A stretch of 64,000 nucleotides of DNA, taken from positions 3,867-67,866 of the forward strand of contig DAHWAT010000001.1 of assembly GCA_027327085.1 (NCBI GenBank), written 5' to 3'. Under the pieces are notes generated by a model, which was not told the origin of the DNA, ran no database searches, and was given only the letters and a program-made list of their open reading frames with translations. This document shows positions 54,839 through 64,000 of this stretch, piece after piece. The first letter of the stretch is position 1, and each line of letters starts with the position of its first letter. A program made the position numbers and the translations under genes. The stretch is from Candidatus Saccharimonadota bacterium (lineage in GTDB: Bacteria; Patescibacteriota; Saccharimonadia; Saccharimonadales; UBA4665).

Positions 54839-55765
54839 TTAGGCTTTAACTTGTATAACTACTTTACCTTTGGGATGATCATTTTTAAGATAATCTAAAG
54901 CTAAACTGGTTTCCGCCAGATTAAACTGCCTATCTATATTAACTGAAATCCTATGTTGGTTAACAAGTTCAGCAATGAAGTTTAACTTTTCTGTGGACAC
55001 TTGCGTGAATTGATGGATTGAGGTTACTTCAAATTTGGCGTCAAGCTGAGGATTAGTCTCATTAACCATAGATATAATTTTTCCACCCGGTTTTAAAACT
55101 TCATATGATTTTGTGAAACTTTGACCACCCACCAAATCAAAGACGTAATCATAATCCTTAACAAGTTTAGTAAAGTCTTCTTTATGATAATCAATTGCTA
55201 AATCGGCACCAAGAGATTTAACATAAGCTTTATCATTTTGACTAACTGTAGTGGCAATGTTGAGGCCAAAATACTTGGCTATTTGTATAGCCATACCGCC
55301 GATGCCGCCAGCTCCGCCATGAATTAAAATATTTTGGTGTGGCTTTACTTCTAAATGACTGAGGGCTTGATAAGCACTACAGGCCACTAGAGGTAAAGCT
55401 GCTGCAGTTAAATAATCAGTTTTAGGCATTAGAGCCATCTGCGAAATATCTACTATTGTATACTCAGCGAACGATCCTTGTTTAGTTGCATTAGCTTGAC
55501 CATATATTTTGTCACCGATACTAAAATCGGTTACTCCTTCACCTAGAGCTGTGATTATACCTGCAACATCGCCACCTAGAATGATAGGTAACTCTAAGGG
55601 CATAGTTTGTTTCATTAAACCATCTCTAACTTTATAGTCAAACGGGTTAGCACTGGCTGCGTAAACTTCTACTTGCACCTGGTTGACTGAAGGTTCTGGG
55701 ACATCAACTATATCAATTTGTACTGAACCTACACTGGCGTATTTTTTTAATAATGCCGCCCTCAT
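54839..55765 (-). CDS. NAD(P)H:quinone oxidoreductase / zinc-type alcohol dehydrogenase-like (MDR family)
   Basis: GGDVAGII, the IHGGAGGIGGMAIQIAK Rossmann motif, and C-terminal GKVVI. Confidence 0.8.
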   Translation of the reverse strand: MRAALLKKYASVGSVQIDIVDVPEPSVNQVQVEVYAASANPFDYKVRDGLMKQTMPLELPIILGGDVAGIITALGEGVTDFSIGDKIYGQANATKQGSFAEYTIVDISQMALMPKTDYLTAAALPLVACSAYQALSHLEVKPHQNILIHGGAGGIGGMAIQIAKYFGLNIATTVSQNDKAYVKSLGADLAIDYHKEDFTKLVKDYDYVFDLVGGQSFTKSYEVLKPGGKIISMVNETNPQLDAKFEVTSIHQFTQVSTEKLNFIAELVNQHRISVNIDRQFNLAETSLALDYLKNDHPKGKVVIQVKA

Positions 55766-55848
55766 AATTTTCTCCCTAACTACTAAATATCATTATACTT
55801 CTATATGTAAAAAGCTAAAAATTGCTATACTGTACTTAAGTCTTCAAT

Positions 55849-57675
55849 ATGAAAAAAGTTTTGCATTTTTTTAGAAACTACTATTTGTTTAGCTTTGCTT
55901 TAATAGCTGGGCTGACTGGATTAATTTTAGATTTACTGCATTACTCTTTAGCGGCAAATATAGTGATAGCCAGCATAGCTTTAGTTGAGGCATTGCCACT
56001 AATTTGGGAGATGTGGCAAGATTTTCGTTCAGGCAAATACGGTATCGATATCTTGGCAGCAACAGCTATTATAAGTTCGATTGTTCTAAAACAATATTGG
56101 GCAAGTTTAGTAGTTGTTTTAATGTTAACCGGTGGCAAGTCGCTTGAAGATTTTGCTGAAAGAAGAGCTAAAAGCGAGTTGAGCTCTCTACTGAGTAGAG
56201 TTCCGCTAGTTGCCCATGTCATTAAAAAGAATACTGTCTTAGAAGTAAAACTAGAAGATATAAAACCTGGCGATAAGCTAATAATAAAGGCGGGTGAAGT
56301 TGTACCGGTTGATGCCGAAATTATAGAAGGACAATCTAGCTTTGACGAGTCTTCGATAACAGGCGAAGGCTTACCAGTACAAAAAGACTTAAAAGCGATT
56401 ATCTTAAGTGGCTCATTAAACATTGACGGGGTAGTTACTGCTAAGGCAATTGCTTCAGCTAACGACAGTCAATATCAAAAAATTATTAAGCTAGTGAAAA
56501 ATGCAGCGTCTTCTCAAGCGCCTTTTATCAGATTAGCCGATAAATATAGCGTGCCCTTCAGCTTAGCTTCTTTTGCTATTGCTGGGGCAGTTTGGGTATT
56601 ATCTGGTCACGCCATACGCTTTTTGGAAGTTATCATTGTAGCAACACCCTGCCCCTTACTCTTAGCTGCTCCTATAGCTTTAATAAGCGGTATGTCAAGA
56701 GCCAGTCGTTATGGCATTATTGTTAAAAATGGGTCGGCCCTAGAAAAACTTGCTTCAGCTAGAACTATTGCTTTCGATAAGACTGGCACCTTAACTAAGG
56801 GGCATTTAAATGTTAGGGAGGTTACATCTTTTAGTGGTCTTGATGAAGCTAAGCTCATAAAACTGGCTGCCAGTGTTGAGCAGAACTCGAACCATGTTCT
56901 AGCAAAATCTATCATTAAATATAGCCAATCTAAAAAGATAAAGTTAGAAAAGGCTAAAAACATTGAAGAGATAGCTGGTCGAGGCATTAAGGCTAGCGTC
57001 AAAGGAGATACTGTTTGGGTAGGTGGCTATAGTCTTATAAAAGACCTTGCTGGTCCTGAAGCAAAAAATGTCAAACCAGATTATACCTCAACCTATATAA
57101 TTGTTAACGGAAAACTTGAGGGACAAATAAAATTCAGTGATTCAGCTAGACAAGAAGCTAAAAAAACCATATCGATACTACATAAACTAGGCATTAAAAA
57201 TATAGCTGTTATTAGTGGAGATAACTTACCTGCGGTTAAAATAGTTGCCGATGAATTAGGCATAGATCAAATTTTTGCCGATCAACTACCTGCCGATAAG
57301 TTACACACCTTAACTAAGCTCAAACCAAAACCGGTTGTTTTTGTAGGTGACGGCATTAATGATGCACCAGTTTTGACTTCAGCTGATGTCGGTATAGCTA
57401 TGGGAGCAAAAGGCTCAACAGCCGCCAGCGAATCAGCCGATATGGTTATCATGTTAGACGATTTAAGCCGGGTAGCTATGGCTGTGGAGATTGCTAAGAA
57501 AACTTTTAAGGTCGCCGATCAAAGCATACTAATTGGTATTGGTCTAAGCTTTATGCTGATGGCTATATTCGCAACTGGCAAGTTTCCTCCAGTTGTTGGC
57601 GCTGTTTTACAAGAAGTTGTTGATGTCGTGTCGATTCTTAACGCGCTTAGAGCGCACCGTATTAAGCTTACTTAA
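55849..57675 (+). CDS. heavy-metal-translocating P1B-type ATPase without N-terminal metal-binding domain
   Basis: ITGEGLP, DKTGTLT and VGDGINDAP. The TM6 motif is ATPCPLL. Confidence 0.85.
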   Translation: MKKVLHFFRNYYLFSFALIAGLTGLILDLLHYSLAANIVIASIALVEALPLIWEMWQDFRSGKYGIDILAATAIISSIVLKQYWASLVVVLMLTGGKSLEDFAERRAKSELSSLLSRVPLVAHVIKKNTVLEVKLEDIKPGDKLIIKAGEVVPVDAEIIEGQSSFDESSITGEGLPVQKDLKAIILSGSLNIDGVVTAKAIASANDSQYQKIIKLVKNAASSQAPFIRLADKYSVPFSLASFAIAGAVWVLSGHAIRFLEVIIVATPCPLLLAAPIALISGMSRASRYGIIVKNGSALEKLASARTIAFDKTGTLTKGHLNVREVTSFSGLDEAKLIKLAASVEQNSNHVLAKSIIKYSQSKKIKLEKAKNIEEIAGRGIKASVKGDTVWVGGYSLIKDLAGPEAKNVKPDYTSTYIIVNGKLEGQIKFSDSARQEAKKTISILHKLGIKNIAVISGDNLPAVKIVADELGIDQIFADQLPADKLHTLTKLKPKPVVFVGDGINDAPVLTSADVGIAMGAKGSTAASESADMVIMLDDLSRVAMAVEIAKKTFKVADQSILIGIGLSFMLMAIFATGKFPPVVGAVLQEVVDVVSILNALRAHRIKLT

Positions 57676-58288
57676 TCAGTATTAAGACTATCAGCGGCAC
57701 AAGTAAGTTGTCTAAGCCTTGAATCGATATATTTTCAATGATTGTAGCAATTAAACTAACTAGCAGTAGATAAAAATAGCTAAAAGTTAAGTGACCTAGA
57801 AGATGAAAAACTATAAGTAAACCGAGCGATGTCACAAAAAAAGTTAATGTTCCAATGATGCTTTTGGTGCTGCCGTTAATTTTGTACTGATTGGATTTAC
57901 CGTATTTAGTTCCAAGTACCGCCGCTAAGCCATCAGCCAAAGACATTTGTAACAAACTAGTAGCATAAAGCCATTTATTGTTAGTTATAAATGCTAATAG
58001 GCCTACACTAATTGCAAAAAATACTTCTCCCAAGGTATGTCTTTCAACTTGATGAATAGATTTAAAGAGGCTGAAATGTTTTGAAATAATAACTACACCT
58101 AAATAGGCTAGGCTTAGATACTTAATTGTTTGAAAAGGCAAGAAAAACGGCCAAAAAGCCGAAAAAGTTCCAATTAAAATGTGAACTAGTTTACGATTTA
58201 ACTCGTTATGCTTGTTGCGTTTACGCCAATATAGCTCATTGAGGCAAAGTACTATAAAGATTGTAATTAAAGTAATAAGTATTTTCAC
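57668..58288 (-). CDS. CTP-dependent polyprenol/diacylglycerol kinase-like (CdsA/dolichol-kinase family) membrane protein
   Basis: Multi-TM protein with LADGLAAVLGTKYGK, a motif typical of this family. It overlaps the ATPase 3' end convergently by 8 nt. Confidence 0.55.
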   Translation of the reverse strand: MKILITLITIFIVLCLNELYWRKRNKHNELNRKLVHILIGTFSAFWPFFLPFQTIKYLSLAYLGVVIISKHFSLFKSIHQVERHTLGEVFFAISVGLLAFITNNKWLYATSLLQMSLADGLAAVLGTKYGKSNQYKINGSTKSIIGTLTFFVTSLGLLIVFHLLGHLTFSYFYLLLVSLIATIIENISIQGLDNLLVPLIVLILIK

Positions 58289-58543
58289 TACTGCTTATTT
58301 TAACTGTATTTTAGATTTTATTTAGAATAATCTTTTAAAACTGATTTTTAGTTTAATCAGACGACTTGCTTTAACTAAAGAGTCTTTTGTGCTTAAGTCC
58401 TCAAATATCAGTTTAACCCTAGAGAAATCCTGGCCAGTTTTTAAAGAATACACGCCAATCGATACATTGTTTAGGCAGAGCAGTTACTTATTATAACTAT
58501 ATCGATAAGTCACAGTTAGTAAGTGTCTAAATTGTGCCATAAA

Positions 58544-58566
58544 GGCTTCTCTGCTAAGCAGAAGCC
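58544..58566 (-). terminator. hairpin downstream of tRNA-Pro(CGG)
   Basis: GGCTTCT-N9-AGAAGCC, followed on the minus strand by TTTATGG. The T-tract is weak. Confidence 0.4.
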
Positions 58567-58573
58567 ATGGACT

Positions 58574-58650
58574 TGGTCGGGGTGAGAGGACTTGAACCTC
58601 CGACCTCAGCGTCCCGAACGCTGCGCGCTACCAGGCTGCGCTACACCCCG
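58574..58650 (-). tRNA. tRNA-Pro (anticodon CGG), CCA encoded
   Basis: The reverse complement has CGGGGTG/CACCCCG acceptor, CAGCG-TTCGGGA-CGCTG anticodon arm and GGAGG-TTCAAGT-CCTCT T arm. Confidence 0.9.
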
Positions 58651-59526
58651 TTAGAGATTAAAGAATACCATAAATAAGCCAAAAGCAATGCAGTAGACTG
58701 CAAATGGCTTCAGCCTTTTAGTCTGGAAGTATTTATCTAGGAAACGTACCGATAAATAACAGGCCAAAAAAGCCAGGATAGCGCCCACCAAGACTTGTCC
58801 TCGGACGCCATTACCATTATGCCCAATCAGATCTGGTAATTTATAAATACCAGCCGCAAGTATAATTGGGGTAGCTAGAAGGAAAGAGAATCTAGCTGAA
58901 TCTTCATAATCAAGACCGCTGTATAATCCACTTACCATAGTTATACCTGATCGACTTATGCCAGCAATAAGAGCAAAAACTTGAGCTACACCAATAAGCC
59001 CGGCTCTGGTTTTAGTAATACTTTTAGCCGTATGAGCGACTGTCGAATTCAAGTTAAAATCTTTACGTCTTTCTGATTGTTTTCTAACATATGCATCTCC
59101 CGCTAACAGTATTAGTCCATTTACTACCAAGAAAACTGCAGCTGCTAGAGGTTTTGCAAACTGGGACCGTAAAATTTTTTCTAATGCTAAAGCTGTTATA
59201 CCGGCTGGTATGGTAGCAATGATTAGTAACCAAATTAAGCGTTCATGGCTGTTACTAATCCTTCTATTTTTAACAGACGAAAAGAAGCCTTGGATTAACT
59301 TATACCACTGTTTTCGATAAAAAACGAAGAGTGCTAATGCGGTTGCTACGTGTAGGGCTATTATAAATGTTAGGAAAAATGATTGGCTTTTAGGTTCATT
59401 GTTAACAATATTAGTCCAGCCTAAAAGGTTCGGGATAAGTACATTATGGCCTAAGCTAGATATAGGAAAGGGCTCAGTTATGCCCTGAACTATGCCTAGG
59501 ATAATAGCTTGGATATAGGTTAGCAC
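58651..59526 (-). CDS. uppP: undecaprenyl-diphosphate phosphatase
   Basis: N-terminal GIVQGITEPFPISSLGH (BacA motif), a multi-TM body, and GISRSGITM. Confidence 0.88.
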   Translation of the reverse strand: MLTYIQAIILGIVQGITEPFPISSLGHNVLIPNLLGWTNIVNNEPKSQSFFLTFIIALHVATALALFVFYRKQWYKLIQGFFSSVKNRRISNSHERLIWLLIIATIPAGITALALEKILRSQFAKPLAAAVFLVVNGLILLAGDAYVRKQSERRKDFNLNSTVAHTAKSITKTRAGLIGVAQVFALIAGISRSGITMVSGLYSGLDYEDSARFSFLLATPIILAAGIYKLPDLIGHNGNGVRGQVLVGAILAFLACYLSVRFLDKYFQTKRLKPFAVYCIAFGLFMVFFNL

Positions 59527-59640
59527 TGCTATATTCTAGCATATCAGTAATATTTAGGTAATTCAGGTTTATTAGTTTTTAACGATTGATAATAGTGAGA
59601 CTATAAATCATACTATAACCATTAGTATTAGTGAATTTTT

Positions 59641-61398
59641 ATGATAATAAAAACTTTAGCCAGTCTCATTAACTTAAATCACCCCCAACAATATTTTCAC
59701 TGGTCTATCTTCACTATATCGGTTGCTAATCTTATTATTATTGCTTTAATGTTTATCATTTTTGGTCTAGCCATTATTCTGCCATTTCCTAAGTCTAAAA
59801 TATTTGCTGCTCAAGAAGAGCCAAAATTAGACAATAAACCAGTAGATGAAGAAGATAAGAAAATGTGGACTTATCGGCTAAGAGGTTTATTTGTAAGAAT
59901 TTTACCCCCTGGTAAGTTGCTCCCAGATAGGCAGCCAGCCTACGTAGCCTCCTGGATATACGTGTTTGGCGTTGCCACCCTGGCCGCCTTTGGGCTAGTT
60001 ACCTTATCGGGTATTGCTTTAGCCATAGGTGGAGTAAATTGGTGGCATGAAAGCTCTTTAGGCCATTTTGTTAATAGTATTCACTTATGGAGTGTTGAGC
60101 TATTTATGGCTTTCATGGTTATACATCTTTGGGGTAAGTTTTGGATGGCTGCATGGCGCGGTAAGCGGGCTTTAACCTGGATGACAGGTGTATTAGCTTT
60201 TGGCATATCCATTATAGAGTGCTTTACCGGATATCTATCGCAGCAAAATTTTGATTCTCAATGGATTGCAACTAACGGTAAAGACGCTATTAATGCTACT
60301 GGGCTGGGGTCATTTTTCAACTTAATGAATTTTGGACAGATGTTAACCTGGCACATTGTTGTTATACCTGTTTTATTAATATCCTTTATTGTCATTCATG
60401 TAGTTTTAGTAAGAGTTAAGGGAGTATCTCATCCAATTCAAAAAGCAAAAGGCAAAACTGCCAAAAAGGCCTTAAAAGTGGCTGAGGCATCTTCGTGGCG
60501 TGGCCCAACAAGGCGTTACGACATCTTAAAGGAAGGTTTCACTGCCGTCATTATTGTTGCTATCCTAGCTTTTTTACTGGCCAGCACTTTATCGTCACCT
60601 GATTCACCGCCAATTAGTATTGCCACATGGGCTAAAATAGCCCCGGCCGACTTTATTGGTACTGCTGCTAGTGAGTTAGCTGGAACGAGCATGACGGCTA
60701 ATTATGGTCCTCCCTACAATCATGGTACTAGGTATGCTCAAAAACTTATTGTGTCGTGGCAAACAATTGGCGGTGTTCATGAGCCTATCAATACAGCCAA
60801 AACTTTCGTAATTGAGCCTCTTACGGCTGATTCTTCCGATAACCCAAAACTCGCTCGAGCAATTAAGCAATATGTGGATGCGCCAAAAGCGCAACAACAA
60901 ATCTGGGTAAATAATTATCTAAAGGTTATTCCTAAGATTACCTTCAAAAACTCAGTGCCTTTAGTCCCCAAAGCTAACGATGGTCCAGTACCAATAATGC
61001 TGTCCGACGAGCTGGCTCTTGCTCAAAGTGGAGCGATTGACTCAAACTTACTAGCACAACAACCCTTCTATAACACCAATTACACAAAACCTTTGTTGTT
61101 TATAGAGGACGGCAGCTATTTCTCATCAGTAGCACAATCGGAACATCTAACGGGGTCACAGTGGGGAGTTATGAACGAAACTGGCTCTTACCCGGGACAA
61201 CCTTGGCTATGGCTATATACGCTTTGGTATCAAATACCAAGTTTTAGTAAATCAGCTAACGTTGATCTTATAGCTATTTACTTAACAGGAACAGCAACTC
61301 TACTATTACTACTTGTGCCTTTTATACCCGGCGTAAGGGATATTCCAAAAATAATACCTATATATAAGCTGATTTGGAAAAAACCTAAAAAAGTATAA
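59641..61398 (+). CDS. QcrB-like di-haem cytochrome b with about 300-aa C-terminal extension
   Basis: Helix B: SIHLWSVELFMAFMVIH, with the two His 14 residues apart. Helix D: WHIVVIPVLLISFIVIH, with the two His 15 residues apart and Pro at +5, as in b6/actinobacterial QcrB. WRGKR also follows helix B. Confidence 0.65.
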   Translation: MIIKTLASLINLNHPQQYFHWSIFTISVANLIIIALMFIIFGLAIILPFPKSKIFAAQEEPKLDNKPVDEEDKKMWTYRLRGLFVRILPPGKLLPDRQPAYVASWIYVFGVATLAAFGLVTLSGIALAIGGVNWWHESSLGHFVNSIHLWSVELFMAFMVIHLWGKFWMAAWRGKRALTWMTGVLAFGISIIECFTGYLSQQNFDSQWIATNGKDAINATGLGSFFNLMNFGQMLTWHIVVIPVLLISFIVIHVVLVRVKGVSHPIQKAKGKTAKKALKVAEASSWRGPTRRYDILKEGFTAVIIVAILAFLLASTLSSPDSPPISIATWAKIAPADFIGTAASELAGTSMTANYGPPYNHGTRYAQKLIVSWQTIGGVHEPINTAKTFVIEPLTADSSDNPKLARAIKQYVDAPKAQQQIWVNNYLKVIPKITFKNSVPLVPKANDGPVPIMLSDELALAQSGAIDSNLLAQQPFYNTNYTKPLLFIEDGSYFSSVAQSEHLTGSQWGVMNETGSYPGQPWLWLYTLWYQIPSFSKSANVDLIAIYLTGTATLLLLLVPFIPGVRDIPKIIPIYKLIWKKPKKV

Positions 61399-61482
61399 TG
61401 ATTATTGTTCTTAAGATTCAGTTTTCTATCTTACGAGCAAAATATACCTAACCAGGTTAGTTAGACCTTAGCGACGTTATGC

Positions 61483-62292
61483 TTAAAGATAGTTTACGCT
61501 ACTTAAAATTTTTACAGCAGTTTTTACTTCACTATTACCAAACCAGGCTTGAGCAGCTGAAGTCGTGCTAAAGTTTAAGTAATTACTGCCCGTACTATTA
61601 TTAAGTGAGCCGACATTAATACACTGTAAATTACTTGGGTTGGTAGATTTTGAGTTCATAAAGAAACCAGCTGTGGCTTCATCGGTGATACCCGTAGTGT
61701 TAGTTTGTACACCAGGAGTGATATTGTTTTGTGTTACAACCGAAGTGGATGTAAGGTATAAGTTTTCTGAAATATTACTGCTACTACTGCCTTGATACGA
61801 CGATATGGCCTCTACAATCTTAAAGTTTGAATTTGAGCTAGGGGATGTTACTGACAATATATCATCTGTGTATGTTCCTGGAGCTGGTGCCATTAATTCT
61901 GTGCAATAAGGCTGGTACTGAACTACTACATTACCTGAAGGACTCATAATGTTGGCTTCGTGTGTATTAAGAGAATTTGAAACTGGCTCTACCGTAGTTT
62001 TAAGTATCCAGTTAGATGGATATTTTAGACAAAGCCCTCCGAACTTAGAGCAATAAGTATCCCAACCCGCGTATAAATTAGCTACAGATTCTGGTTTTGA
62101 AGTAGTTGACTTAGTCGAATTTGGAGATGAGCTGGTCATTTTATTTGCAGTATTTGATGTTACGGTTGTCTTAGTTTTATGATTAGTGTGATAAACATAA
62201 TAACCGCCAAAGCCTATGACAGCCAATATAAGCACTATTAACATAGCTTCTACTGCGGTAAAACCTAATTCATTTTTATTTAATTTGCCCAC
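61483..62292 (-). CDS. prepilin-type (type IV pilin-like) protein
   Basis: N-terminal NELG-FTAVEAMLIVLILAVIGFGGYYV class III signal, with an S/T/N-rich body. Confidence 0.65.
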   Translation of the reverse strand: MGKLNKNELGFTAVEAMLIVLILAVIGFGGYYVYHTNHKTKTTVTSNTANKMTSSSPNSTKSTTSKPESVANLYAGWDTYCSKFGGLCLKYPSNWILKTTVEPVSNSLNTHEANIMSPSGNVVVQYQPYCTELMAPAPGTYTDDILSVTSPSSNSNFKIVEAISSYQGSSSSNISENLYLTSTSVVTQNNITPGVQTNTTGITDEATAGFFMNSKSTNPSNLQCINVGSLNNSTGSNYLNFSTTSAAQAWFGNSEVKTAVKILSSVNYL

Positions 62293-62951
62293 TACTTACT
62301 CCCTTGCCGATTATTACCTAAATTATCCAGTTTATTTTATTTAAAAACAAGCATTTTTCTCAATTGCCTTTGACGACTGGTCATTATAATAGTCCTAATA
62401 CCAACTAGTAGGCACAAATCTCAAAAAGTAAAAGTCTTATCTCATTGCCGCCGTACACAGCTTGCGTTCTCGCATAAGTGTTAATCCAGCAAAAACGCTT
62501 GGTTTTTAAGTAATAAACGAAAATGCTAGAAAGTTCTTTATAAACTTCAATATTAAGTCTGTTGGTAAGGGTCAAAAACAGAGCTATCTGAAATTACTGA
62601 TTTGCTCAAGAAACCTTGGTATGACTTCGTATAAAGCCAAACGGTCCGTTAAGAGGAGTTGTTTTTGTATGGGATGAGGTATCATAGAAACACCCACAAA
62701 TAATATTAATTTGCTCTCTTAGTTCATCTTGTAAGAGTAGTAATGGCCATCATCATTAAGCCAGTTTAGTTCCAAGCCTTCATCAATATCTACAAATCTT
62801 CCATACGACTGAGTGCGTTATTGCCACCAGTCTGTTGAGGATGTAACGTAATTAAACTTCGCTCCGTCACTTCAACCCCAAGCATCAAATCTTGTCTGCA
62901 AATATCTTACAGAACAAAGCCGCTGTCTTTACGATACTCAGGCTCAATTTC

Positions 62952-63500
62952 TTAGCTTTTAATGGCTTCTGTCATGCGAGCCTCAAAACTTCGTACAGCT
63001 TCTTCTATAAACGGTACTTGGGTGTCTACAATACTTTCGGGAAGGTTGTCTGCTGGATAAAAACTACCGACAGACGGTTCGCCAAGCACTTCTGAATAAA
63101 ATACCAAGGCCGACTCCATGCCTCTGTTGCCTTTATGTAAGGTATTATTTACAAACTGCGGCCTTGCGGTGTTTACGTCACCAAGTTCGTTGGCGATTCT
63201 CTGAAAGGCACTTTCATAGCTGTTTTCTTCGTCTGTTGCCAACACAACCGTGCCAGGAGTGTGCAGCATACCAGGCCAGTTAGGGTCATCCTCTTCTCTC
63301 TTAGTTAATAAGACTTCCGTTTTACCAGATGCTCCTTTGCGTAATGGCACAACCTCAACTATGGGCGTTACCACTAGTCTGGTTACTTCATAAAAAACTT
63401 CTTTTGGCAGGAAACCAGGTTGAAGTTTACTCAAAAGGCTTGCTATTGTTTGTGCTTCTTCGGTTTCTAATTGTTCGTTCATATCTAAATAGTATAGCAA
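62952..63500 (-). CDS. Nudix-fold-like protein with degenerate Nudix box
   Basis: WPGMLHTPGTVVLATDEENSYESAFQRIANELG resembles G-x5-E-x7-REUxEExGU. It lacks the RE/EE acidic residues and is one residue short. Confidence 0.35.
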   Translation of the reverse strand: MLYYLDMNEQLETEEAQTIASLLSKLQPGFLPKEVFYEVTRLVVTPIVEVVPLRKGASGKTEVLLTKREEDDPNWPGMLHTPGTVVLATDEENSYESAFQRIANELGDVNTARPQFVNNTLHKGNRGMESALVFYSEVLGEPSVGSFYPADNLPESIVDTQVPFIEEAVRSFEARMTEAIKS

Positions 63501-63564
63501 CTATTCATCAGTTCATGGACAGTTAAAATACAATATTATACATACCTAATAATCAAATTTACCG

Positions 63565-63641
63565 TGGTCGGGGTGAGAGGACTTGAACCTCCGACCTCCG
63601 CGTCCCAAACGCGGCGCGCTAGCCAACTGCGCCACACCCCG
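63565..63641 (-). tRNA. tRNA-Pro (anticodon UGG), CCA encoded
   Basis: The reverse complement has CGGGGTG/CACCCCG acceptor and CCGCG-TTTGGGA-CGCGG anticodon arm. The T arm is identical to that of tRNA-Pro(CGG). Confidence 0.9.
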
Positions 63642-63701
63642 AAGTATCTGTAGATTATACAAAATATTTAAAGACTATACCAATAAATATTATGTAGTTA
63701 A

Positions 63702-64000
63702 TCAAATTAAGAATTGTATGGGCTGAATACTTTTAGACTTATTAGAGGTTTCAGTTTCAATTAAAACAGCGTTAAATTGTTTTGGTCCAGTTGTTTCAAT
63801 TTTATTTCTGGTTGCTATACCGTCTCGCCATCTAGTGATTACACTATCAAACGAAACACCTAGAGAACTGTTAAGTGTGCCGCACATGCCTACATCAGAT
63901 ATGTGAGCAGTCCCATTTGTCAAAATACGCGCATCGGCTGTAGGCACATGCCAATGATCGCCTATTACGGCACTAACTCTACCGTCAAGATAATACCCTA
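63702..64000 (-). CDS. ymdB: YmdB-like metallophosphoesterase (TIGR00282 type), C-terminal part; gene continues past the right edge
   Basis: The frame read beyond the track Met gives ...GDHWHVPTADARILTNGTAHISDVGMCG, the YmdB HxPTAD / DxGMxG pattern. There is no stop before position 64000. Confidence 0.7.
   Translation of the reverse strand, partial: GYYLDGRVSAVIGDHWHVPTADARILTNGTAHISDVGMCGTLNSSLGVSFDSVITRWRDGIATRNKIETTGPKQFNAVLIETETSNKSKSIQPIQFLI

Noticed and set aside
62560-62577. Possible degenerate copy of the tRNA-Pro(UGG) 3' end (TGTTGGTAAGGGTCAAAA vs TGGTCGGGGTGAGAGG)
   Set aside because: About 12 of 19 positions match with an indel, which is too weak to call an att remnant.
58574-63641. 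The identical 3' halves of the two tRNA-Pro genes, considered as a dispersed repeat or recombination substrate
   Set aside because: The identity is confined to the T arm and acceptor of isoacceptor tRNAs. That is ordinary concerted conservation and does not indicate a mobile repeat.
1-64000. Alternative genetic code with UGA recoded, as in some CPR lineages
   Set aside because: TGA terminates several well-defined genes at the expected length. Examples are the response regulator at 15588-15590, murD at 16900-16902 and the TSUP gene at 53635-53637. Long genes are not broken by in-frame TGA. Code 11 fits.
1-64000. CRISPR arrays, rRNA genes, integrases and transposases
   Set aside because: I found no regularly spaced short direct repeats, no rRNA-like conserved stretches, and no ORF with recombinase or DDE-like motifs. 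The absence of a recombinase is itself noted in the findings.

Overview
This is a 64-kb chromosomal segment from a low-GC bacterium. Hand counts on a few lines give about 38-40 % GC. Genes are small and densely packed, and the standard genetic code is used (TGA ends several genes). The gene content points to a Patescibacteria/CPR organism, most like Saccharibacteria, but that placement is inference only. Supporting content: an RpfB-like protein next to ksgA, an LCP protein, L-x-N-T-G sorting signals, pilin-like proteins, an HTH-MurA fusion, and scattered mur genes without a dcw cluster. All protein calls come from motifs read in the supplied translations; no database search was possible. Housekeeping genes: rsmA (partial), pcrA/uvrD, tpiA, pgk, murD, folD, argS, murA (fused), glyA, murB, msrA, uppP and ymdB (partial). 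There are 8 tRNA genes: Glu, Lys, Arg-UCU, Gly, Arg-UCG, His, Pro-CGG and Pro-UGG. Other content: two two-component systems, an ABC-2 exporter, an MMPL transporter, a P1B ATPase, an FMN-bind/ApbE/RnfD-FNR flavin module, a QcrB-like cytochrome b, and a VirD4-like ATPase. Four things stand out. (1) Downstream of tRNA-Lys, small cassettes (two toxin-antitoxin pairs and a HAD phosphatase) each end in a 30-nt repeat whose last 10 nt equal the tRNA 3' end. (2) At tRNA-Glu, two diverged YefM/RelE cassettes are separated by a copy of the tRNA-end/flank junction. (3) A 1.6-kb GC-rich insertion bounded by 25-bp imperfect inverted repeats carries one secreted Cys-rich protein and no transposase. (4) murD is translationally coupled to a PP-loop protein, which may be a MurD2/MurL-type route. 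No CRISPR array, rRNA gene, integrase or transposase was recognised.
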